Below are positions 56,397 to 64,000 of a DNA stretch of 64,000 nt, one piece after another. This DNA comes from Nanobdellota archaeon (GTDB taxonomy: Archaea; Nanobdellota; Nanobdellia; Pacearchaeales; GW2011-AR1), in contig JANLHN010000007.1 in NCBI GenBank assembly GCA_024654505.1, positions 2,205 to 66,204 of the forward strand. Direction: 5' to 3'. Below the pieces are notes generated by a model that worked only from the letters and a program-made list of their open reading frames with translations, was not told the DNA's origin and did not search any database. Position 1 is the first letter of the stretch; every line of letters starts with the position of its first letter. Position numbers and translations under genes: made by a program.

Positions 56397-57296
56397 ATGG
56401 CTAAGTATATTTATTCAATTGGAGGAGGAGGAATAGCTTTAGTGGTTTTTGTAATAACGGCTTTTTTAACTCCAGTTGTAAATTATAATGAAGAAATTAA
56501 AACAATGCTTACCATAAATACTTTTTTGTTTGCAATTTTAGCAGGCTTTTTTATTTCAAGGTCTAATAGCAGATACGATAATATTAGAGAATATCTCTCA
56601 ACAGAGGATGCCTTATGGTTAAGTGTGTATGAACTGTCAAAAACTGTAGGGGGCAATTTTCAAAAGAAGATGAGAAGTTTGATAGATGAGTATTATGTTT
56701 TATGTTATGATTATGAGGACCAAAATTATTATAAACCTACTCAGAAAGTTTTTTTACAAATTTATAACATTGTGAACGAACTTTATAAAAAGACATTCAA
56801 AACAAAAGGAAAAAGGCCTGCAGATACTTCTCTTTCTAGAATTTATGTCTATCTTGGGGGGATAGAAGAGGTAAGAAACAAGACCTCTGTTTTACTAGAA
56901 GAAAAAGTTACAAATGGAAAATGGGTTGTTCTCTTTCTCTTATCTGCAATAATAATTTTTAGTGTTTACCATCTTAGAACTTTTGCATTTTATACTCAAG
57001 TAATTGCAGTAATTCTTTCAACAACTTTAGTGTTAGTATTATTAATTCTTAGAGATTTACAGAACTTGCGCCTTGGGGGAGAAGTTATAGCTTCAGAATC
57101 TGGGCAAGAGGTTTTAGAGACTATTGGTACTGGAAGATATTATTCCCAATATCATATAATAATGGGAGAGATACCTGAAGATATAGGCCCATATAGGCTA
57201 GGTCTGCATAGGCCTGGTGAAAAACAGAAGATAAAATGGATAAGAAGGGATTCTGATAGTATTGGGACGCAAAGATTTAAAACCGAACATTCTTAA
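56397..57296 (+). CDS. Hypothetical membrane protein
   Basis: 299 aa with 4-5 TM segments. No motif recognised. Confidence 0.5.
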   Translation: MAKYIYSIGGGGIALVVFVITAFLTPVVNYNEEIKTMLTINTFLFAILAGFFISRSNSRYDNIREYLSTEDALWLSVYELSKTVGGNFQKKMRSLIDEYYVLCYDYEDQNYYKPTQKVFLQIYNIVNELYKKTFKTKGKRPADTSLSRIYVYLGGIEEVRNKTSVLLEEKVTNGKWVVLFLLSAIIIFSVYHLRTFAFYTQVIAVILSTTLVLVLLILRDLQNLRLGGEVIASESGQEVLETIGTGRYYSQYHIIMGEIPEDIGPYRLGLHRPGEKQKIKWIRRDSDSIGTQRFKTEHS

Positions 57297-57304
57297 AATA
57301 TAAC

Positions 57305-57550
57305 ATGCCATCAAAGAATAAACCAAAGAGACTTGACCGAGCTAGAAGTTGGAGAGTTGCTAGAAGGAAGAGAGAAAAGAGAGCTGCCATTTTATGGACT
57401 GGAAGGGGTAGGAAGAAAAGACCTAAAAATAAGGCAGCCATTATCTCAAGAGACCCTCTAAGAAAGTCTCAAATGCCTGTAAAGGTCGTTGCGGTAAAGA
57501 AAGTTATAAGGAAAGTAGCTAAGAAATCTATTAAGAAAGTTGTTGAGTAA
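57305..57550 (+). CDS. Small, highly basic protein
   Basis: 81 aa, about 40% K/R (RLDRARSWRVARRKREKRAA..., KKVIRKVAKKSIKKVVE). Confidence 0.45.
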   Translation: MPSKNKPKRLDRARSWRVARRKREKRAAILWTGRGRKKRPKNKAAIISRDPLRKSQMPVKVVAVKKVIRKVAKKSIKKVVE

Positions 57551-57586
57551 AGGCAATTATTTAAATTTAGAATTCATTTTATAATC

Positions 57587-58000
57587 ATGGAAGAACCTTG
57601 TGAACTTTGTTTAGCTATCGACGAAGATTATAGAGTAATTGAAAGAACGGACCATTCTTTTTGTTTAATTGCCTTAAGTCCTATAAAGGCGAAACATTTG
57701 CTTATTTTACCGAGGCGCCATGTTCTTGATTGGAAGGATTTGTCTATGGAAGAGTCTAAGGATCTTTTTGAAATGGTTTCAAGGTATAAAGATAAAATAT
57801 TAAAAATATCTAATGAGGAACCCACATTACATATGAACTTTGAGAGGCACGGAACACAGAGACATATTCATTGTCATCTTCTCCCAACAAAAGGGGGCTT
57901 TCGAGATTTGGTTTCTGCCCATGAGGGAATTCCTCGGTGGGGGGTTGTTTCAAAAGAAGAGATGGAAAAATTAAGAGACGAATTTTCTAGAGATAATTAG
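57587..58000 (+). CDS. HIT-family hydrolase
   Basis: CELCLAI..., KAKHLLILPRRH and the histidine triad HIHCHLLP. Confidence 0.85.
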   Translation: MEEPCELCLAIDEDYRVIERTDHSFCLIALSPIKAKHLLILPRRHVLDWKDLSMEESKDLFEMVSRYKDKILKISNEEPTLHMNFERHGTQRHIHCHLLPTKGGFRDLVSAHEGIPRWGVVSKEEMEKLRDEFSRDN

Positions 58001-58467
58001 TCTTCCTCTATATGTTTCTCGTAGAGGGTTTTGTATCCAAACAACTCTTCTTTCTTAAACCATAATTCAACTTCTTTTTTAGCTTCGTCTAAATTCCCCG
58101 AAGCATGAACTAAATTTTTTGTTCCTTTGTAACCAAGGTTAACATGTCCGAAGTCACCTCGGATTGTTCCGGGCCCGGATTTGCTGGAGTCTGTTAACCC
58201 CACTATTTTTCTAACAACTTCTATTGCCTTTATTCCTTCTAAAATCATTGCGATTACTGGTCCAGAAGTTATTCTTTTTTCTAATTCTGGGTAAAAATCT
58301 TTTTCCGTATGGGCGAAATAATGTTTTTTAGCAAAGTCTGGAGTTATATGATTCATTTTCATTCCGACTATTTTTAATCCAGCGACTTCAAATCTTCTGA
58401 TTATTTCTCCAATAAGACCTCTTACTACCCCATCTGGTTTAACTAAGACTAATGTCTTTTCAATCAT
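57997..58467 (-). CDS. ndk: Nucleoside diphosphate kinase
   Basis: TLVLVKPDGV, GPV, TIRGDFG, NLVHAS. Confidence 0.95.
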   Translation of the reverse strand: MIEKTLVLVKPDGVVRGLIGEIIRRFEVAGLKIVGMKMNHITPDFAKKHYFAHTEKDFYPELEKRITSGPVIAMILEGIKAIEVVRKIVGLTDSSKSGPGTIRGDFGHVNLGYKGTKNLVHASGNLDEAKKEVELWFKKEELFGYKTLYEKHIEED

Positions 58468-59158
58468 CTTCTTTTTGGTTTTTCTTTACTTTGCTCTTTT
58501 TTGGTTTTTCTTCCTTTTCTTCTTCAACCTCTTCCTTTTCTTCTTCAACCTCTTCTGGATTTTCCTCAGTGTCTTCTTGGGGGATTTCTATTTCTCCTTT
58601 TTTGCCCATATTGACTTCTTTTTGGATATCTACCTTCTCTAATTCTTTCGTTTCAAAGATTCTAAGGTCACAGAAAGACAAGGGATAGATTTTCTTTAAT
58701 TTTGGAAGTAGTGTTTTCTGTAGACTTCCCTCAAGAAGTTCATAACAAATTTCATTATAGCTTCTTTCTTTGAGGTATTCTAATAAAAATTCCTTGCAGG
58801 TGTTTCTAAGATTTTTTCTGACTACTCTGGAAACTTTCTTTCTAGTTATCAATAGTGGTTTGACTATCGTTTGAATATCTGAGCAATGTGCAAGAAAAGA
58901 GTCTTCTACATAATCTGTTCTCTTTCTCATAACTCTTCGAATATATGCTTTTACTAATTCCATCTTCTTTGGGATAGCCACGAGTTTTTTCTCATTTTGG
59001 AAAATTTTGAATGTTATTGTTAGACCCTTTCCTCTCATTCTTCGAGTTAAGTCTAATTTGATTGTTTTATCTTTTAGGTTTTCAAAGGTTCCGAGAACCC
59101 TTACAGAGTCACTTATCAGGGGAATTTCAACTTCAATGTATTTCTTTCTTTCTGCCAT
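58460..59158 (-). CDS. rps3ae: Ribosomal protein S3Ae (eS1) with acidic C-terminal extension
   Basis: YIEVEIPL..., LDLTRRMRGKGL. The C-terminal EEVEEEK x2 is encoded by a 21-bp tandem repeat (58511-58552). Confidence 0.9.
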   Translation of the reverse strand: MAERKKYIEVEIPLISDSVRVLGTFENLKDKTIKLDLTRRMRGKGLTITFKIFQNEKKLVAIPKKMELVKAYIRRVMRKRTDYVEDSFLAHCSDIQTIVKPLLITRKKVSRVVRKNLRNTCKEFLLEYLKERSYNEICYELLEGSLQKTLLPKLKKIYPLSFCDLRIFETKELEKVDIQKEVNMGKKGEIEIPQEDTEENPEEVEEEKEEVEEEKEEKPKKSKVKKNQKEDD

Positions 59159-59162
59159 TAGT

Positions 59163-59465
59163 TTATTCTATAGTTATTTTACTGGTTCGTTTGCCTTTCT
59201 TTTGGTCTTTACCCTTTCCACAGACAGAGCATGTGTAAACGATTGCTGTTTTTTTAGTTGTCTTTCTTTTTTGTTTTGCCTGATTTTTCATACGAGAAAA
59301 ACGTCCTTTATTTCCAATTCCCCTATTGAGTCCCCTAAGCATAGCTCTTTGTTTTGAGCCCCTCTTTAGAGTGGAAGGTTTCCCGTGACTTTGTTCTTTT
59401 ACCTTTTGTTCGGTTCGCTTTTTACAATAAGGACAGAACCTGTTTACTTTCCTTGGCATCTTCAT
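59163..59465 (-). CDS. rpl44e: Ribosomal protein L44e (eL42)
   Basis: MKMPRKVNRFCPYCKKRTEQKV...YTCSVCGK. CxxC..CxxC zinc ribbon. Confidence 0.9.
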   Translation of the reverse strand: MKMPRKVNRFCPYCKKRTEQKVKEQSHGKPSTLKRGSKQRAMLRGLNRGIGNKGRFSRMKNQAKQKRKTTKKTAIVYTCSVCGKGKDQKKGKRTSKITIE

Positions 59466-59556
59466 GTAATTGTCTTGAGAATTTGCTTTTTAAAGTTTGT
59501 TGTTTTCTTATGGAGTGGACACGCAGTTATTTAAATAGTCTTGATTTGTTTAATTG

Positions 59557-59829
59557 ATGGATAGAATTAAAATTAATAGTATAAGTCAGAGAAAGTTTTT
59601 AGATTTGATGGTTGAGAAATTAAATTCTCCCTCTCTTCGAGGGCTTTTACAATTTGGATTTGATGTTAAATATTCTTCGTTGAAGAATTATTATTCCGGA
59701 ATTCGTCTGATACCTAAAGATTTGTTTGATGATTTAATTGAATTGAGTGGGGTGAGTGTCGATTTTGAAATTGTTGGGGGAAGTTGGGGACAGATTAAGG
59801 GAGGGAAGTTAGGGAAGAAGAAGGTTTAA
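59557..59829 (+). CDS. Hypothetical protein
   Basis: First ATG at 59557; the tracked start at 59554 is TTG. ATTTAAATAG at 59529-59538 lies about 24 nt upstream. Confidence 0.45.
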   Translation: MDRIKINSISQRKFLDLMVEKLNSPSLRGLLQFGFDVKYSSLKNYYSGIRLIPKDLFDDLIELSGVSVDFEIVGGSWGQIKGGKLGKKKV

Positions 59830-59855
59830 AAATTTTAGGTGTTGATAAAATCTAA

Positions 59856-59914
59856 GACCCTGTAGTCTAAAGTAACGGCCTAGCCGTTTCGAGAAGACAA
59901 CATGGTTATAGACT
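59856..59914 (+). repeat. Exact 15-nt copy of the tRNA-Val 5' end plus the 44-nt conserved hairpin element
   Basis: GACCCTGTAGTCTAA (59856-59870), then AGTAACGGC-CTA-GCCGTTTCGAGAAGACAACATGGTTATAGACT (59871-59914), then the same 15-mer (59915-59929) starting the tRNA. Confidence 0.9.
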
Positions 59915-59985
59915 GACCCTGTAGTCTAATGGCAGTACGTATCGTTGACTTCGATGAGGCCCAAGTTCGATTCTTGGCAGGGTCA
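59915..59985 (+). tRNA. tRNA-Val (anticodon GAC)
   Basis: GACCCTG-TA-GTCT-AATGGCA-GTAC-G-TATCG-TTGACTT-CGATG-AGGC-CCAAG-TTCGATT-CTTGG-CAGGGTC-A. Irregularities: one D-stem mismatch and a pyrimidine at position 37. Followed by a T5 run. Confidence 0.8.
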
Positions 59986-60095
59986 TTTTTCTATGAAACT
60001 TACTAAGTTATAATATTGTTAGTAACTAACTTAGTAAGTAATTAACTAAGAAATATTTATAAGTGGGCTTTTCTTGTAATCTCTTAGAGGATTGT

Positions 60096-60227
60096 ATGAA
60101 AAAGTATTTACTTTTGATTGAGGATGAAGAGCTTTGGAAGAAGTTTAAAGAAAGTATACAAAAAGATATTAACAGCGAAATTTTGGAATTGATTGAAAAA
60201 AGGATTAAAAAGGAGAATAAAAAATGA
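60096..60227 (+). CDS. Small RHH-like protein (not in the ORF track)
   Basis: Hand translation gives MKKYLLLIEDEELWKKFKESIQKDINSEILELIEKRIKKENKK (43 aa). ATGA overlap with the 60224 gene. Confidence 0.4.
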   Translation: MKKYLLLIEDEELWKKFKESIQKDINSEILELIEKRIKKENKK

Positions 60228-62056
60228 AAAGAGGACAAGTGACTATATTCATCATTGTTGCAATTGTGATAGTTGTTGGAATTATTCTTTATTTTGCTAT
60301 AGACTGGAATTTTTCTAAAACACTTCCTGTTAATATGGAGCCCGTCTATGATTATTATAAAGAATGTTTAACGGCGACGGCACTTGAAGGGATTTCTTTG
60401 TTGGGGGAGCAAGGGGGTTATATCGAAGTTCCAGAATTTGTTCCAGGTTCGCAATACATGCCCTTTTCTTCTCAGTTGGACTTCCTTGGACAACCAGTTC
60501 CCTATTGGATGTATGTTTCGGGGAATAATCTTCTAAGGGAACAGGTTCCAACAGAGACTTCTATGGAAGAGGAGTTGTCTAAATATGTTCGTGAAAGAGT
60601 AAGTTATTGTGATTTTACTGATTTTGAATTGGCTGGTTATGATATTTATGTTGATGAAGATGCTTTTGTTGGGGTTCAGATTAATGATTATAATGTTGAT
60701 TTGAATATTGATAATGTTTTGACAATATTCTTTGAGAATCAATCCGCTGTTGTTAGTGCTCATGAGGTTTCGGTGGATAGCAAGCTTGGAAGGTTCTATT
60801 CTCTGGCGAAACAAGTTTACGATTTTGAAAAAACAAATATGTTTTTAGAAAGTTATGCTCTAGATGTTATGAGGCTTTACGCTCCCGTGACTGGTACAGA
60901 GGTTGGGTGTTCACCTAAAGTTTTTATTGACGAAGAAATCCGAAAAGATATTGTTAATGGGCTTGTATCAAATATTCCAGCCATAAAACTTGATGGAGAC
61001 TATTACGATTTATCTTCTCAAGAGAGGTCTTATTTTGTTACGGATGCCGGATTAAATATTGGAGAAAATTTGAACTTTGTATATTCTGCTGATTGGCCAA
61101 CTAGAATTGAAATCTCTGGGGATAAAGTTGTTGAACCCGTTGGTTTACAACAGGGGCTGGGAATGATGGGATTCTGTTATACTCCTTATCATCTTGTTTA
61201 TGATATTGATTTTCCAGTTCTTGTGCAGTTTTTTGATGAGAAAGAAATCTTTCAATTCCCTCTTGCAGTGATTATTTCAAAAAATCAACCTAGAGAAGCC
61301 TTGCCAACAATTGGAGGTGCTTCAATAGAGTCTCCTATTTGTGATTATAAAAATCAACAGGTCGATGTTTATACTTATGATCTTAATTTGAATCCTGTTC
61401 CAGCAAGAATTAGTTTTAAGTGTTTGAATTCTGTTTGTGATATTGGCAAGACCTCTTTAAAAGGTGGTGATGCTTTCTTAGATGGACAATTCCCCCAATG
61501 TGTAAATGGATTTATTGTTGCTCAAGCAGAAGGTTATGCAGATTCTAAGGTCGAGATTTCTACCAACGAAGAAAGGCTTTCAAATATTCTCATGAATAAA
61601 AAACATAATATTTCTATAGATTTGGGGAATGTCAAGAAGGCAATGGTCTCGTTTAATTCAGATGATTATTCTACCACGATTGTTTATCCGGAGATGAAGT
61701 CTATTGAGCTGATTGAAGCCTATTATAATGTTACAGTCTATGTTTATGAAAATTCTTCATTGAGATTCCCTGGGATTAACGAAAGGAAGTGTGTTGATGT
61801 CCCTGAGAGTGGAATCGCAGGGTTTTTTGGTGCTGAGACGGAGAAGTGCTATGATATTAATATTCCAGCAACTGATATATCTTTTGCAATTGTTGGTGGT
61901 GGAAAAACTCAAGAGTATGTTCTTGATAGTGTCTTAGAAGATTCAAAAGAATTAAATATAAATATTCCTCTTTTTGGTTTGCCTACGAGTTTAGATGATT
62001 TACAGAAGAATCAGGCTCTAGTTGAATCTGAGAGAGTATATTTGAGTTTTGAATAA
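60224..62056 (+). CDS. Large extracellular protein with class III signal peptide-like N-terminus
   Basis: 610 aa. MKRGQ/VTIFIIVAIVIVVGIILYFAI, then a large Cys-containing soluble region. Confidence 0.55.
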   Translation: MKRGQVTIFIIVAIVIVVGIILYFAIDWNFSKTLPVNMEPVYDYYKECLTATALEGISLLGEQGGYIEVPEFVPGSQYMPFSSQLDFLGQPVPYWMYVSGNNLLREQVPTETSMEEELSKYVRERVSYCDFTDFELAGYDIYVDEDAFVGVQINDYNVDLNIDNVLTIFFENQSAVVSAHEVSVDSKLGRFYSLAKQVYDFEKTNMFLESYALDVMRLYAPVTGTEVGCSPKVFIDEEIRKDIVNGLVSNIPAIKLDGDYYDLSSQERSYFVTDAGLNIGENLNFVYSADWPTRIEISGDKVVEPVGLQQGLGMMGFCYTPYHLVYDIDFPVLVQFFDEKEIFQFPLAVIISKNQPREALPTIGGASIESPICDYKNQQVDVYTYDLNLNPVPARISFKCLNSVCDIGKTSLKGGDAFLDGQFPQCVNGFIVAQAEGYADSKVEISTNEERLSNILMNKKHNISIDLGNVKKAMVSFNSDDYSTTIVYPEMKSIELIEAYYNVTVYVYENSSLRFPGINERKCVDVPESGIAGFFGAETEKCYDINIPATDISFAIVGGGKTQEYVLDSVLEDSKELNINIPLFGLPTSLDDLQKNQALVESERVYLSFE

Positions 62057-64000
62057 TGGGAAGCAAAAATATTTTATTAGTTATGGGGGTTTTGTTATTT
62101 GGAATTATTTTACAAAATGTATCTGGTGCAGCTTTTTCTGGACAAACGAGCCCGGCATTTTCAGGTTCAACAAATAATTGGCAGTCTTATCAACCAAATT
62201 TTCAAACACTTTATTCTGGACAGATGAATAATTATTGGCCTATTTTGAGAGATATACAAAATGACCAGTGTGAAGCAAATAGTGATTTTGTTATTGGTAT
62301 TCCCCCTGGTGGATGTACTCCTATGGTTGTTAGAAGTGACTTACTTGAAGAACAAAATGTTCCTGTGTTTTGCCAATTGTATGCTATTAAAGTTAATCCT
62401 TTAATTAAGGTGTCTTCAATAAAATCTATTGCATTTAAAGGAAGTTATCCCGAGGGGGTTAGTGGGATTAGCTTTCATCCGGCAAGGGCGGCGATTAGGT
62501 CTTACACAACTCTTCTTGGAGACCCTTTGATAAATAATATTGGTTATGTTGTAATTATTTTGAAACAGAATAAGGTTGAAAGTGAAATGGAAGACTGGAT
62601 TGCAGGAAATTTAACTGCTACGATTAGTTACGATGCGGACCAGGCCTATGGTACCGGAAGTTCGGAATATTATTCTCCAGTAATGAACGAAAGAAATTGG
62701 AGCATGAATTACGAAGCATATTCTTTTTGGAATGGAAAAGGATATTTGAGAGTTACGGGAATTGACCGAAACAGTGCAACAATTGAAATTTTATCTGATA
62801 AAGACCGTGTTTTGAAAACTTTTGTTTTGGAAGAGGGGAAGACGAGTGATTTGACTTACATGCCTGGTTATTATTGTAGGGCTGGATTAAAAGTTAGACT
62901 TAATGGATTAGATACTCCTGCAGATATGGCTTTGATTAATATGGATGGTTCTAATATATGGGTTCGTGAAGGGACAAAGTTGTTGAATGGGGCTTGTAGT
63001 GTTAGGGCATTGAAGGTTGGGTTGGTGGACACTGTAGGTAAAACAATAGTTCCAAATCAAAGCGGGACTTGGCCAGAAGAATTAATTGTTACTTCGGATG
63101 GGACCAACTTAACCTTGGGGCATAATGTTAAGCCAATAGCTCTTGCAGGTCATTCTTTAATAAACTTTAAAACAATAAAGAATCAGAGAGAAGTAACTGT
63201 TGGTGGATTTAAGGTAACTTTTGATAATCCAACAAATATCTCAGAGAAGATTACTTATTATGTTGAAACGGATTCGTTGAGTTCCCCTGGTCCAAAAACA
63301 ATTTGGAAAGAGTCTTACATTGATAGGATAAAAAATGCTTCTAACAAGTCTGTAACTTCGTCTACATTGCCATTAAAGGACTTTGAAACTGGTTCTATTA
63401 GTATCAGTTGTCCTGGAAAGACTATTGATTTAAAATTGGGTGCTGCAGATTTGGCAAAAGATGGAAGTGGTTCTATAGGTTCTTTGGGGACTGATAAGAC
63501 AAACCCTAATATCGATGCCGTATTTGAGGAGGGGAAAAATACTGTTGAGGAATTAGTAAGTTCCTATGTTAGTGAAATGAAAGATGGGGAGATTGGTCTT
63601 TATAGTGAGGAAGCGCTTTTCGAACAGATTCAATTGGCAGGAAGGGCAAGCAAGTTTGTAACAAAGGCGGCTCTGATTGATTTATTTTTAGAAAAGTATC
63701 CCACCTCTACTTCTGTTAATGGTTTAATGGAGGAAAGACAAAGACTAGGTTATTTAGATTATTCTGGAGCGTATGGAATGATTTATGCGAATGGAGGATT
63801 CCATTCCGTGAATCTTGTGAAGTTTGAGAATTTTGAGGAAGGGAAGAAGAGTATTGATTTGGGAATTAGTGGTAAGGGAATTCAAAGGGGATTGAAAGAG
63901 CTTGGGAGAGTAGAGTTGGATGTTGGAGAATATATTTTTATTGAAAAAATTTATCCTAACAAAGTCCAAATGAGATATGTTAATGATGACCTTAACGCGG
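62056..64000 (+). CDS. Large secreted protein, partial (runs off the window end)
   Basis: Not in the ORF track. I translated frame 1 from the ATG at 62056 (TAATG overlap) to 64000 and found no stop (at least 648 aa). N-terminal signal MGSKNILLVMGVLLFGIILQNVSGAAF. Confidence 0.6.
   Translation, partial: MGSKNILLVMGVLLFGIILQNVSGAAFSGQTSPAFSGSTNNWQSYQPNFQTLYSGQMNNYWPILRDIQNDQCEANSDFVIGIPPGGCTPMVVRSDLLEEQNVPVFCQLYAIKVNPLIKVSSIKSIAFKGSYPEGVSGISFHPARAAIRSYTTLLGDPLINNIGYVVIILKQNKVESEMEDWIAGNLTATISYDADQAYGTGSSEYYSPVMNERNWSMNYEAYSFWNGKGYLRVTGIDRNSATIEILSDKDRVLKTFVLEEGKTSDLTYMPGYYCRAGLKVRLNGLDTPADMALINMDGSNIWVREGTKLLNGACSVRALKVGLVDTVGKTIVPNQSGTWPEELIVTSDGTNLTLGHNVKPIALAGHSLINFKTIKNQREVTVGGFKVTFDNPTNISEKITYYVETDSLSSPGPKTIWKESYIDRIKNASNKSVTSSTLPLKDFETGSISISCPGKTIDLKLGAADLAKDGSGSIGSLGTDKTNPNIDAVFEEGKNTVEELVSSYVSEMKDGEIGLYSEEALFEQIQLAGRASKFVTKAALIDLFLEKYPTSTSVNGLMEERQRLGYLDYSGAYGMIYANGGFHSVNLVKFENFEEGKKSIDLGISGKGIQRGLKELGRVELDVGEYIFIEKIYPNKVQMRYVNDDLNA

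Noticed and set aside
58511-58552. 21-bp x2 tandem repeat in the S3Ae gene
   Set aside because: It is an in-frame duplication of an acidic heptapeptide (EEVEEEK) in a disordered tail. This is ordinary low-complexity expansion.
59856-59930. Canonical bulge-helix-bulge intron explanation for the 59-nt insertion at tRNA-Val
   Set aside because: I tried to fold it. AGTCTA (59864-59869) can pair with TAGACT (59909-59914), and TAAC (59873-59876) with GTTA (59905-59908), leaving a 3-nt AAG bulge. The second bulge and outer helix of a BHB are not present, and the pairing is not conserved at tRNA-Gln. An intron is therefore unproven, and I kept it only as one hypothesis.

Overview
This AT-rich 64 kb window is archaeal. 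It encodes Orc1/Cdc6, both PolD subunits, RadA, RPA, a RecJ/GAN-like protein, aEF-1beta, aIF2-alpha, r-proteins S27e, S15, S3Ae and L44e, SRP54, FtsY and Bud32. The dense packing, frequent ATGA/TAATG gene overlaps, TATA boxes about 25 nt before many ATGs (leaderless-type starts) and many small membrane or pilin-like proteins suggest a small-genome, DPANN-like archaeon; that placement is inference. Main blocks in order: (1) three HTH genes abutting tRNA-Ser; (2) a candidate oriC followed by orc1/cdc6, PolD-small and PolD-large; (3) housekeeping genes, including a Dph6-like ATPase coupled to an ArmA/FmrO-like methyltransferase and a two-gene Hef; (4) a roughly 13 kb type IV pilus-like locus (23957-36786) with an ATPase, a large polytopic membrane protein, at least 9 proteins with class III signal peptide-like N-termini, a prepilin peptidase and an embedded RHH-GNAT pair; (5) a MoxR-DUF58-VWA operon, RadA, and translation and SRP genes; (6) a second surface-protein locus running off the 3' end. 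The least expected pattern concerns three of the four tRNA genes (Gln, Val, Thr). Each is preceded by a copy of its own 5' end. In Gln and Val the copy is exact and is joined to the gene by a conserved 44-nt hairpin element. In all three, the only well-spaced TATA box sits in front of the partial copy. Gln and Thr also carry a copy of their 3' end about 100 nt downstream. No rRNA, CRISPR array, transposase or integrase was seen.
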